From: Camelus ferus
Taxonomy: Eukaryota
Length of the DNA: 64,000 nucleotides
Assembly (NCBI RefSeq): GCF_009834535.1
Contig: NC_045705.1
Location: forward strand, 53,940,001-54,004,000
Direction of reading: 5' to 3'
The position numbers and the translations under genes are program-made. The notes under the pieces were generated by a model. It was not told where the DNA came from. It did no database searches and saw only the letters and a program-made list of their open reading frames with translations. This document shows positions 23,885-35,910 of this stretch, in pieces; the stretch's first letter is position 1, and each line of letters opens with the position of its first letter.

Positions 23885-24825
23885 AGACTGATCGGATTCA
23901 ATCATTGTTTAGAGGGAGGACCCTGTTGAGGTGTCACTGCAACCACCGTGTGAGTGGTATGTCCAGCGTCCTGCCGAGCCCTCCTGACACAGCACTGTCA
24001 TAAATGGAGCGCTGACTCCCACTGCCTCCTTGCAGATGAGTGAGGTGGAAGTTCAGTTACTCCCTTTACCCTGTTGTCTTTTTCCCAGGGGTAGTCTGAC
24101 ACTGACTTGCACACCTCCTTTCCTCCAGGTAAGCCCAGCGCCTTGTTGGGCCCCGCTGCACCAGGGAGGTTGGAAGCAGAGAGCTGGTTCACACTGCTTT
24201 GTTGTTGTAGGTGGAGGTGGAAGCTCCGGTCCTCAGTGGGACCCCACTTACAAGTAGGTTTGGAGGCGAGGGAGCAGAGTAACATTAGCCACACCTCATA
24301 CTCCTTCATTAAGTCTCGTTGCTGCCAAATGACGGTGGAGGCACATTTCCCCCTTGCGCCCCACTACAATATCCTGGCAGGAGAATTGGAGAATGGGTGG
24401 GGAGAAAACCAGTTCCCTTCTTGGCTTCACTGAAACCTGAGGGAAGGAAGGTGGGACGATTTTTCCATTGGTGTTTTTCTGAAGTAGGGCAGGTGTTGCA
24501 AAAATTATTCTATTCTGTTAAGGCCACTCTTCTAGTCCTTTGGCGAGGAGGAACAGGCTTTTCTTAGAGCTCTTTTTGTCTGTGTCTCTGGGCAGTTCTG
24601 GGAGGCAGCACCCTGTCCAGGGAATACGGAAACAGTAACAAAACACAGGGACTCACTTCTGTCTCGTTCCTCAAGTCCCTGAGTCCTAGGAGTCTGCCTT
24701 CTTCTTTTTCCTTTTTAGAATCTTCTTATGCTTGTTTGTTGTATTCCATCCAGGGTTATTTTTAGTAATAGAAGGCCTGAGGTGAGTGGAGCAACGTCAT
24801 CTTCAACAGAACTGGAAGTCTATGC
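23885..24825 (-). mobile_element. Old LINE-1 5' UTR region
   Basis: GC-richer L1M-type 5' UTR antisense text ending ...CATCTTCAACAGAACTGGAAGTC. Confidence 0.6.
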
Positions 24826-25614
24826 CTTCAAACATTTAACAATATTTATCTACCTTCTTATTTTGTGACAGAAAGTTGGCCTAATACCAGTTTGCCTGAC
24901 ATATTCAGGTGTAGATGCCTGCATTCTTACTTTGAAAAGAAAGAGTTGAGTAGAATGAAATGTGTTACCCACAAATAAAAGTCCTCTAGTGATGAAGTAT
25001 TCTCAAAGAACGCCTCATTTTACAACCATCCCGCAAAAGGAAAGTGCCTTAAAAAAAGTCAGAGTACTAAGAGGGTATTTGTGGCCTTGAGCTTTTGCTT
25101 AACCTTTGTGTGCCTCAATCACATCCTCTGTAAAATACAAATATTAAAAAGAAAACTTTTATGGCTATTCCAAGGATTCATTGGGTCACTACTTGTAAAT
25201 CGCTGTGAACAGGACCTAGAAGCTAGTAAACAAGCTCGTATTGTTAGCTCCTTTGCTACTATTCTTACTACTGCTCCTAGTACTCTTAACAACATTTGAC
25301 TCCTACATGTTATAGCTCTCCAACCATGCAAAGACATACGGAAGACATTATTCAGCAGAGGGTGACTACAGAACTTTTACTAAGCAAGGCTGGAATTCCG
25401 GTTGCCAATATGAGTTAAAGAGTGTCAAAGCAGTGGCATGATTGTGGTGAGCAAGGGTTTGTGTAAAAGCCTGTTTTGTAAGTTGTAGAAGGATCAGGCA
25501 CAAACATTTAATCACTTGGATCAAGCTGATTTTCAATAGATTAAAAAGCCATGGAGTCAGTGGTTTATGCCAGAGGAAATGCTTTATTCGGCCTTCTGTT
25601 CATTTTTATTTTTT

Positions 25615-26110
25615 ATTTATTCATTTTCAAGTATGCATTTATGCTTGCTATGTTCCAGGAATTGTGTGGAAATTAGATGCATGAGGGAAGGGGAAAGACA
25701 CTGAAGGTCTTCCAGCATTTTGGAGAAAACAAATACTGAATCTGTAACTCCAAGTACCTTCGGTATTCTGAAGAAAATATGCAGGGTTCTATGGTGGAGG
25801 GTAACAGGTGTACTTAATTTGGTCTGGAAGCTCAAGAATGCTTCCAAGTGGATAGGAAATGGTGTTTAGGTTACTACCTATAGTATAAGTAGGTATTACC
25901 CAGGTGAGGGGGAAAATGCATTCAGGTAGAAGTCCTGCATGTGAGAGGGCTCTAAGTGTCAAAGAATATGGACATGCCTAAGGATTTTTTAAAAAAGGAC
26001 CAAATGATTGCTTTCTAAGGTTTGGGTTTTTGAAGACCAAGGGAAGAGCAGTGAGAAATTAAAAACAGGGGCCACATTAAAGATGTTTTAAGCCATGTTA
26101 AGAATTTTTG
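25615..26110 (-). mobile_element. LINE-2 3' region
   Basis: ATTCATTTTCAAGTATGCATTTATGCTTGCTATGTTCCAGG...GAAAATGCATTCAGGTAGA. Confidence 0.55.
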
Positions 26111-26114
26111 CCTT

Positions 26115-26507
26115 TAATAGATAGATAGACAGACAGACAGACAGATAGATTTACTTTAAGGAATTAGCTCACACAGTTGTGAGAACTGTCAATTCCAAAA
26201 TCAACATGCAGCCCAACACTCTGGAAATTCCAGTAAGAGTTTATGTCATAGTCTTCAGGCCAAAGTCATTCTGCAGACAGAATCCCTCTTTTTCAAGAGT
26301 CCTCAAGTTTTTTTTCTCTTAAGGCTTTCAACTCGTTGAACAAGGGACACCCACATTAAGGAGGGTAATCTGCTTTACCCCAATCTACTGATATAAAGAT
26401 TAAGTATATATAAAACATAACTTCACGGCAATAGCTATACTAGTTTTTGACCAAACAACTGGTCACCATAGCCTATCCAAGTTGACACATACAATTAGCT
26501 CTCACAG
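26115..26507 (-). mobile_element. MLT2-type ERVL LTR with (GATA/GACA)n
   Basis: TTAAGGAATTAGCTCACACAGTTGTG...GGAGGGTAATCTGCTTTAC...CCAAGTTGACACATACAATTAGCTCTCACA. Confidence 0.8.
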
Positions 26508-26789
26508 GATTACTATTGTAAAATAAATGTATAAATTGGTTGCTGGAAATAGACCTGCTGACAATGAAAATGAAGAAAAATAGGAGAAAAATCTTGGATT
26601 CAGAATGTACAAGACTTTATGATTGAATATAGGTGCATGGAGTGGAGAAAAGGAATAAACTACTCTCAGGTTGTGAATCAATATATTGATTGAATGATGG
26701 TGCCTCCTTTTGGAGCATTGTAGCAGAGCAAGTTGGTGGTGGAAAGATAATTTTAGACAGTTTCCACTTGAGATTCAGTAGATAAAAAT

Positions 26790-29700
26790 ATTTTTGTCGG
26801 CACACTAGATAGAGGACAGGGAAAGAGATACAAATATGGTAGTCATCAGTATATAGAGGCAAATTAAACTTCACAGGGGAGATACAATCTAGTTCCCTCA
26901 AACTTTCTTAACAAGATGTGCATCTGACCATGAACAAATCACTTAAAGAACTTGTTTATTCACCCCCTAGTGATTTAGAAACACTGTTTATTTCCACAGA
27001 CAAGTCACTTGTTTTGACCTGACAGAAGAATTCACAGTTGGTTTGGTCAGGGGCATCTCATCCTGTTCTTTTATGGGTCCTCTATAAATAGCTGATGCCA
27101 GAGATCAGGAACACAGCCCAGAATCTGAGTCTACAAAGCCCATAGCCAGCAGATAACCTTCCTGCAAGTAGAATGTCTCCAGGAATTTTACTATCTGGTT
27201 CTACTTGGTTATCTCCCCTCTGAATGACCTCAATCATAACTATAATTATCATGCTTATTTCAGGATAAACTGCTGTTGAAAATGGACACATCTTAAAGGT
27301 TTGGATGTACAAAACCCCTGCTCTACAGCAGAGAACAACTTTTTAAAAGGTATGAATACAATTTTGAAAGAATTTTCAGCAAATCAAGTATTTTTTCACA
27401 TGAACAAATTTGTGTTTATAATGATAACTTCAATTTTGCTGTATTTAAGATAACTCACTATTGACCTCTGATTTACAATTTGATGTCAGAAAATCCACCC
27501 TCATTACAAAAAAACTCTACGTTAGCTTATTACTTACAGAACAATATATTTAGACCACAGGCACTCAGTTTCCTTTTATTACTTATGGTATTTTATTATA
27601 TTGTTTCCTATGAAATATCGGTCTTCACTAAGAAATTATTTTTCTGCCAAGCTCTCTTCAGAGCCCTCTTAATCTCATTGTTTCTGAGACTGTAGATAAG
27701 GGGGTTAAGCATGGGGATCACCACCATGTAGAACACAGATACCACCTTGTTCTGGTCAGTTGAGAAGCTGAACTTGGGCATCATGTAAATGAATGTGATG
27801 GTCCCATAGAACAGAGTGACCGCTGTGAGGTGGGACGTGCAGGTGGACATGGCTTTGTGGCGCCCCTCAATGGAGCGAATCTTCAGGATGGTGAGGAGGA
27901 TATAGACGTAGGATACAACTATGACAGTCACTGTGACCACTATGACAGAGCCAGATGAAAATGAAGGGACAACTTCAGGGACACTGATGTCAGAACAGGA
28001 GAGCTCAACCAAAGGAGCAAAATCACAGAAAAAATGATTAACTCGATTTGCTCCACAGAAGAGTAAAAAATGGAAGGAAATTGTATAGGAAGAAGCATTG
28101 AAAAAACTGCCAATATAACACACTATGAGTAACTGAACACAAACTTGTGTGGACATTTTGGTGGAATAAAGCAGTGGGTTGCAGATTGCCATGAAGCGAT
28201 CATATGCCATGGCAGCCAGAATGAAGCACTCAGCTGTCCCAAAGAAACCAGCTGAACCAAGCTGAATGGCACATCCAGGATAGGAGATGGTATTTGTCTC
28301 CACCAGGAAGTTTACAAGCATATTGGGTGAGACAGAAGATGAAGAACCCATGTCAGCAAAAGCCAAGTGGCTCAGGAAAAAATACATAGGATGGTGGAGC
28401 TGAGAAGAGATTCTGATAAGAATGATTGTGCTGAGATTGCCAGATATGGTCACCAGGTAGATACATAGGATGATCATGAAGACGATGATTCGAAGGACTG
28501 GGTCATTTGTCAAGCCCAGTAAAATGAACTCTGTCACTGCAGTGTGGTTCCCATCTCCCAGGGAATCCATGAGATTATGCAGCTGCTACCAAAATGAACC
28601 TATGATACAACACTACATTACAGATGTTATAAATTCAATGTTTCCATTTTCATTAATATATAAGGAGGTTATTATAAACAAATATCCATTTTCATTAATA
28701 CATAAGGAGGTTATTATAAACAAATAAATTATTCAAACTAAGTTTAGACTTTTTACTTTATATTCTAGATTTTATGTGTATATGTAATGTCTTCTTTATA
28801 TTAAAAATTGTTTTAGCAAAAACACTAGAAAACCTTCAAATAATGTAGATTTTGTCTTTATGTTGTATATTAATAAAATATACTTAAAGTGACTTTAAAG
28901 CTAAAGAGTTACAAAAATTAAGACGTGAATAGCAAAAAGGAATGATCAGTATAACAAAATAGACTAAAATGAATTAATATAAAATTATATTATGGAAACT
29001 CAAGTAATAGCTAGTATTTACTAAATGCTTACTAAATGATAGGCACAATATTAAGAGTTTTATATACTTAGTTCTATTTTGAATTTCCATGAAATAATAT
29101 TAAGTACTTTTATTTATGGAGGAAGAAACTGATTTTGACAATGTTAAGTGACTTACCTAAGTTTATGCAGCAAGTGGTGGACTCAAGATGTGAATCCCAG
29201 GCAGTCTGAATATAGTCCTTCCCTTTAGTAACTATACTATAAATGAAATTAAGCAATACTAAGATAAAGTCTAATCTCTTGGAAGTAGGTGGATAACAAA
29301 TTACCTTTCTACTTACTGACAGCTAATGTATAAAAGAGGTCCTAGTTAATCACAAAGTTTACAGTTTCTATCAGTAAATCAAGACTATGTTTATAAATGG
29401 AGAAATACAATGTTCTTAATAGAAAGAAGAAATAGGAATTTCAAATAAAAGGGAATAGTCACCTATTGTAAATTTATTATATATTTATAATATGTAAAAG
29501 TCAAATATTGTTTCATTAAGTAGTTTGAAATATTAGCCTAATCACTAATCATGCAAAAATTACATATTTAATATCTAGGACATAATTTAAGACACTTATT
29601 CAAACAAATCATTTCCTAACATAACATTGTATTCTATTTGGAGTATTACAGCACAAATTATGTTAGTCTTAACATAATATACAGCTGAATACAGCTCCAG

Positions 29701-30818
29701 CTTGAGAGTTAAGAAATTTACTCAGGTTCACCCAGTGAGTGGCCAGTGAGCCACCCAGTGAGTGACTCATCTCCAAGTTTTCTTGCTTCATTTTCTTGAC
29801 TTTGTCCAAAGGCTCTGGTTGTCTGTAAATTAAAGCCTCTAGAACAAGAAACAATGGAAATCTTTCCACAAGATGTTTATAAACTGTGAGTCTCCAAAGC
29901 ATCTCAAAACTAGGGAATCTATTAGTATTACAACCAAGTGCCAAGTGTAGATAGTGTTAAAAGACTACCTAAGTTCCTGATCTTATGGGTAGAAAAATAA
30001 GGAATCCTAGCACCTTGAATTATGCCTGTTTATGCACACTAAGTAGACTGTAGAAATTTAGGTTAACTCAGCTAAGGTTACTTGCTAACTGACTGCTGGA
30101 TTGTATCTGCCCTAGCTTGTGAGTACAGATGTAACTTTAGAGTAATATATTCTCAAATGGTAAATGAAAGCAGCACAACAGATTAATTCACAAAGCCAAA
30201 ATCTTACCTCTTGAAATAAGAACTTATTCATCTTATGGGAATAAATTCAAAGCCATTGTTGTTACATAGCTGCCATGTCATCTTTTATTATTATTTGCCT
30301 TTGGGGATAAATCTCTAAAGATTTTAGAGATTCAGATGTGAATTCAAAAGCAACAAGGGTCATTATCACCTTCTCAAGTGAATACTGAGCCGTTGGCTTC
30401 AAACAAAAACAACTTGTCTTTAAGGGGTCTGTCAATACTGAAGTAATCATTTTTTTCTTTATATTTTGGTACAATTTTAATTGATAGTTACTGAAAGTAT
30501 AAAAAATAAATTATAGTTGAATATTGATTCTAAGTTTATTTTGCTATTTCAGGTTAAGGAATACTAAACATCATATATAAAGTGGTAACCTTAGCTTCAT
30601 TCATTCAATGTGTATTTATATTATGTGTTTTAAACTTATATATATATAAGTCACTCCATGAGGTGCCTTGGGGAACATGGGATGCAATGCCATTCAGCAC
30701 TGAATTTTAAATAACACAGTTATTTGAAATGTATATATATTTTTCTAACAAAAGCTATAGAAAAGAATATCCTTAAAGTTAAATAGAGAACTATCAAGTG
30801 AAAAGAGGTTTGAATGAT
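26790..30818. repeat. Segmental duplication block carrying OR5P copy b; direct paralog of ~14420-18845
   Basis: Collinear flanks including the MIR, the 5'-exon donor and an empty site (30421-30433) for the L1 at 18097. Confidence 0.9.
27608..28570 (-). CDS. Olfactory receptor OR5P2/OR5P3-like, 320 aa (copy b, frameshifted C-terminal tail)
   Basis: All OR motifs are present and the ORF is open through helix 8. The tail [14 protein letters not shown] results from a 2-nt loss in an AG repeat relative to copy a. Confidence 0.93.
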   Translation of the reverse strand: MDSLGDGNHTAVTEFILLGLTNDPVLRIIVFMIILCIYLVTISGNLSTIILIRISSQLHHPMYFFLSHLAFADMGSSSSVSPNMLVNFLVETNTISYPGCAIQLGSAGFFGTAECFILAAMAYDRFMAICNPLLYSTKMSTQVCVQLLIVCYIGSFFNASSYTISFHFLLFCGANRVNHFFCDFAPLVELSCSDISVPEVVPSFSSGSVIVVTVTVIVVSYVYILLTILKIRSIEGRHKAMSTCTSHLTAVTLFYGTITFIYMMPKFSFSTDQNKVVSVFYMVVIPMLNPLIYSLRNNEIKRALKRAWQKNNFLVKTDIS

Positions 30819-31039
30819 TTCCAGATCAGACTTAGTCTACAAACCTCAATGGGAAGACTACTGGTTAGTGATTTATTTGACTAGATGGACAATGGCAGAA
30901 ACAGCTGTTTTTAGCCTGAATACTAAGTCTGATTTGCTTGCTAATCCTAATTTTAGAAAGTCTTCTCTCACCCTGCTGATGTGCCCTTTGACGGATATAC
31001 CCCTAACCAAATTTCCTTCAGACTTTACTCTTTGCAAAG

Positions 31040-31210
31040 CATTGCATTTCACTTCTCATTTAATCCTCACAATAATTTGGTGAGCTAAGCATTCCCATCC
31101 TCCTAATTTTACAGAAGAGAGAACTGAGGTTTAGTTTAAATACTTGTCCAAATGCACTCAACTGGTTAAATTAAATCCAGCTTTAAAATCAGGACTGAGT
31201 GCTAAAATGT
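31040..31210 (-). mobile_element. MIR SINE
   Basis: TCATTTAATCCTCACAATAAT...ATTTTACAGAAGAGAGAACTGAGG. Confidence 0.7.
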
Positions 31211-31239
31211 GTACTCTTTGCAGTGAAAGGATCATACAC

Positions 31240-31752
31240 CATGGGTTTCAGGTTTCTCTGTGCAGTGTCATCACTGTATTCAAATTGTCTTTCTGTGACT
31301 CAAACACCATCCAGCACTTCTGCAGCATCTTTTCTCTGGTCAGCCTGGCCTGTGATTATACTTCCCATCATGAAATGACTATTTTTGTGCTTTCTGCCTT
31401 TGTGTTTGTTGGCAACTTTATTTTCATTATGATTTCTTATGTCTTTATTGGAGCCATAGTTGTGAGGATGCCTTCTGCCAAAGATATAAGGCCTTCTCAG
31501 TTTGCTCCTCCCACCTCACTGTGGTGTGCGTACACTACTGATTTGCTGACTTTGTTTATTTGAGGCCCATGGACAGTGACTTATTCCCTGAAGACATGGT
31601 GATGGCTGTGACCTATACAGTACTGACACCTGCTTGATCTCATCATTTATAGTCTAAGAAACAAAGAAATGCAAATAGCTCTGAGGAAGGTACTGGACAG
31701 TGCAAAAGGGCCCATCGCTGAGATGGTAAATAAAACAACCCTGAACACTTGA
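31240..31752 (+). pseudogene. 5'-truncated OR10AB-like pseudogene (TM4 to stop)
   Basis: Aligns to 5646-6164. Lesions: loss of the N-terminal half, a 3-nt deletion in HFFCD, a 4-nt deletion before YKAFS, GGA>TGA in HYG, and a 2-nt deletion in TPLLN. 3' flank homology continues to ~32017 (vs ~6363). Confidence 0.93.
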
Positions 31753-32019
31753 AAATTACATATTGCTGATAAATAAAAGTAGAAAAAGTGGAGTACTTCC
31801 AGTAAAATCATCACTTTGTATACAAAACAATTAAAGTATTATGTAATTACCTGTTATGCCCTGGCATCACCATTTTTCTACTACAAACAGGATACAGTGT
31901 TAAAATATATTTAAATATATGTGTATGAGTACATGTGTGTATGTATATACACAGGCATGCATACAGTAAACAAACCAAAATTCAGTATATTTCAGACCAC
32001 AGTATTTTCATGATAGTTC

Positions 32020-34090
32020 ATTGTTAATTTAGAGAAACAGAACTGGGTTTTGTGTGTTGATTTTGTACTTGCAAACCCACTGAATTTGTTAGTTCTAACA
32101 ATTTTTTGATGGATTTTTAGGATTTTTTTATGTGTAAAATCATGTTATCTGAAAACAGAGAGAATTTTGCTTCTTCCATTCTGATTTAGATACTTTTAAT
32201 TTTTTTCATCTCATCTAATTTCTCTGGCTAGGACTTCCAGGACTATGTTGAAAAGGAGTAGTGAGAGTGAGCATTCTTGTCTTGTTCCCATTCTTGGAAT
32301 AAAGGCTTTCAGTCTTTCACCGGAGTATGATTTTAGCTGTGGCCTTTTTATGTATGGCCTCTATTATGTTTTGGTACATTCCTTCCATACCCAGTTTGTT
32401 GAGAGCTTTTATTATGAAACTATGTTGAATTTTGTAGATGCTTGCTCTGTATCTGTTGAAATGATCATCAGATTTTAATCTTTCATTCTCCTAATGTTAT
32501 GTATCACATTTATAATTTTCATATGTTGAAACATCCTTACATCCCAGGGATAAAATCTTTTTTTCATGGTATATGCTTATTTTAATGTGCTGTTGAATTA
32601 TGTTTGATAGTATTTTATTGAGAATTTTTGCTTCCCTGTTCATAAGGGAATTGGCTTGTAATTTTCTTTTCCGTAGTGTCCTTATCTTCAGGGCAGTCCT
32701 TGCATCAGGGTAACGGTAGGCCTTGTAAAACGGGCCTGGGAGTATTCTCTCCTTTTCAGTTTTTGAAACCGTTTGAGAAGGAATGGCAGTAATTTTGTTT
32801 AAGTGTTTGGTAGAATTCACCAGTGAAATCATCTGGTCCTTGTTTTTGTTTATTGGGAGGTGTTTGAATACTGCTCNNNNNNNNNNNNNNNNNNNNNNNN
32901 NNNNNNNNNNNNNNNNNNNNNNNNNNNNNNNNNNNNNNNNNNNNNNNNNNNNNNNNNNNNNNNNNNNNNNNNNNNNNNNNNNNNNNNNNNNNNNNNNNNN
33001 NNNNNNNNNNNNNNNNNNNNNNNNNNNNNNNNNNNNNNNNNNNNNNNNNNNNNNNNNNNNGATTTTATTTGCATCCTCTCTCTCTTTTCTCCTTAGTNNN
33101 NNNNNNNNNNNNNNNNNNNNNNNNNNNNNNNNNNNNNNNNNNNNNNNNNNNNNNNNNNNNNNNNNNNNNNNNNNNNNNNNNNNNNNNNNNNNNNNNNNNN
33201 NNNNNNNNNNNNNNNNNNNNNNNNNNNNNNNNNNNNNNNNNNNNNNNNNNNNNNNNNNNNNNNNNNNNNNNNGTAAAGTTAGATAGTGTGAGTTCTTTCT
33301 ATTAACGTAGTCATCTTTTATTAATAATTGACATATAACATTAGTATCAGCTGTATAATATAGTGACTAAATAAAACATATATTGCGAAATAATCACCAC
33401 AATAAGTCTAGTTAATATCCATCACCACACATAGTCACAATTTTTTTTCTGGTGCTGAGAACTTTCAAGATCTACTCTCTTAGCAAATTTCAAGTTTACA
33501 ATACATTATTAACTATAGTTACCATGAACATGGGGGAACAGTTATCTCTTCAACATATTAGTTTTATTTCCTTCAGATATAACAAATATTATCACATTTC
33601 CCCCACCCCTTAATTCTTGGCAACCATGTTCACTCTGTTTCCTTAAATTCAACTTTTTTAAGTTGTATATGGATATCATGCAATATTTGTCTGCCTCTGA
33701 CTTATTGCACTTAGTATATTGTCTTCCAAATTCATCCACATTATTACAAATGGTAGGATTTCCTTTTTTAGGCTGAATAATATTCCATTGCATGTATATC
33801 TGAATTTCCTTATCTGTTTATTCATNNNNNNNNNNNNNNNNNNNNNNNNNNNNNNNNNNNNNNNNNNNNNNNNNNNNNNNNNNNNNNNNNNNNNNNNNNN
33901 NNNNNNNNNNNNNNNNNNNNNNNNNNNNNNNNNNNNNNNNNNNNNNNNNNNNNNNNNNNNNNNNNNNNNNNNNNNNTTGTGTTTTTTTCTATTGACTTAT
34001 GAGTTCCTTATATATTTGGATATTAACCCCTTATCAGATATATAGTTGACAAGTATTTCTCCCACTCTGTAGGTTGCCTTTTTATTTTAT
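32020..34090 (-). mobile_element. LINE-1 ORF2 and 3' UTR fragments, at least two elements, with N gaps
   Basis: CTCTGGCTAGGACTTCCAGGACTATGTTG, GTAGAATTCACCAGTGAA and an L1MA-type 3' end from ~33310. Confidence 0.85.
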
Positions 34091-34094
34091 TGAT

Positions 34095-34640
34095 TGATAA
34101 TGTAATACACTACACTAACAGAATGCAGAATAGAAATCATGATCATCTCAATAGATGCAGAATACTCATTTGACAAAAATCCTTTCATGATATAAAGCTC
34201 TAAACAAGTTCAACATTATTTTATGATATAAAACTCTCAACAAATTATGTATAGAAGCAATGTACCTCAACATGATAAAGATTACATATTACAAGCCCAC
34301 AGCTAAAATCAGACTCAGTGGTGAAAAGCTGAAAGCTTTTCCTATAGATCAGGAACCAGTCAAGGATGCCTATTCATGCTGCTTCCATTCAGCATCGTCC
34401 TGAAAGTCCTCCCAAGAAAAACCAGACAAGATTAAAAAAAAATGAAAGGCATCCAAATTGAAAAGGAAAATGTAAAATTTTCTCTGTTTTCAGATGACAT
34501 GATCTTATATGAAGAAAGTATTCCACAAAAAACTATTAAAACTAATAAATTAATTTAGTAATGTTTCAAGATACAAAATCAACATACAAAAATCAATTGT
34601 CTTTGTATATACTAAAAGAAAAAACAATTGCCAATAAATG
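34095..34640 (+). mobile_element. LINE-1 ORF2 (reverse transcriptase region) fragment
   Basis: ATCATCTCAATAGATGCAG...TTTTCAGATGACATGATCTTATAT (FxDD codons)...GATACAAAATCAACATACAAAAATCA. Confidence 0.85.
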
Positions 34641-35184
34641 ATTTACAAATATAGTAAGGAGCTAAGAAAATGTCAACATTGTGTGTAGGTGTCTGTACAA
34701 TAGAGGAGTAAGCAAATTCTCTTCAATAGAGCTGAGAAGCAGATGTGCCCTTCTTAGACAACTAGGTTTAGTTAAAATGGAGAAGCAGAGCATGTACTGT
34801 AAAAGGTTGATGAGTGAAATGAAAGAAGATTCTGGAATGAAAGTAAAACATATTAGGAGAAACCACAGCAAAGAAAGAGCATTTCAAAGATACCAAATAG
34901 GGAGTTGTGTGTAAATGAATAAAGATGAAGAGAGCTCCCAAAGGGCTTGCAACTGGTCACAGTTCCATGATTATTGGTGATGTCACAGCCTATTGGGTCT
35001 CCAGTCCTCATTATTTGTTCAACACTGAATTAAAATTTGGCTAGAGTTTCTCTGATCAAACATTTCACAGTCTCCACCATTCCATTTTCACAAATGTCCC
35101 TTCTTAATGTGAAAGTTTCTACCTTCTCATATAAATTATCTAAACATCTTACTTCTTTAATTATATTAAATCTCAAATTTTTGA

Positions 35185-35910
35185 ATCAGTGGGATTTATG
35201 CCTGGGATGCAAGGTTGGTTTAATATATGAAAATCAATCAATGTGATACAACACATTAACAGAACGAGAACATCACATGATTATGTCCATAGATGTGGTA
35301 TATGTATACAACAAAATATTATTCAGCCATAAAAAAGAAGGAAATCTTGCCATTTACAACAACATGGATATACTTGGAGACACTTGGGGAGGTGGGGGAA
35401 ATGGGGAGAGGTTAGTCAAAGGATATGAAGTTGCAGTTGTGTTGAATAAATAAGTTCTAGTGATCTAATATACAGCATTAGAACTATCATTAATAATACT
35501 GTATTTTATCCTGGAAATTTGCTAAGAGAATAAATTTCAGTTACTCTTACCACACCTAAAAAAAGATTAGATGTGAGGAGATGGGTATGCTAATTAGCTT
35601 GATTATATTAATCACTTCATTATGTGTATGTATGTCAAAACATGTTGAGCACATTAAATATACACAATTTTTAACATTTTTTATTGATTTGTAATCATTT
35701 TACAATGTTGTGTCAAATTCCAGTGTAGAGCACAATTTTTCAATTATACATGAACATATATATATATTCATTGTCACATTCCTTTCTCTGTGAGCTACCA
35801 TAAGATCTTGTGTATATTTCCCTGTGCTATACAGTATAGTCTTGTTTATCTATTCTACAATTTTGAAATCCCAGTCTAAATATACACAATTTTTATTAAA
35901 AAATAAAAAC
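35185..35910 (+). mobile_element. Internally deleted L1MA-type element with a nested young L1 3' end (35674-35876, minus strand)
   Basis: ORF2 text jumps directly to 3' text at ~35295. The nested insert is flanked by a perfect 19-bp TSD TAAATATACACAATTTTTA (35655-35673 and 35877-35895). Confidence 0.85.

Noticed and set aside
26118-26150. (GATA)/(GACA) microsatellite, plus (GA)n at ~51520 and (GTTTGT)n at ~48165
   Set aside because: These are short simple repeats inside LTR or L1 elements and are ordinary.
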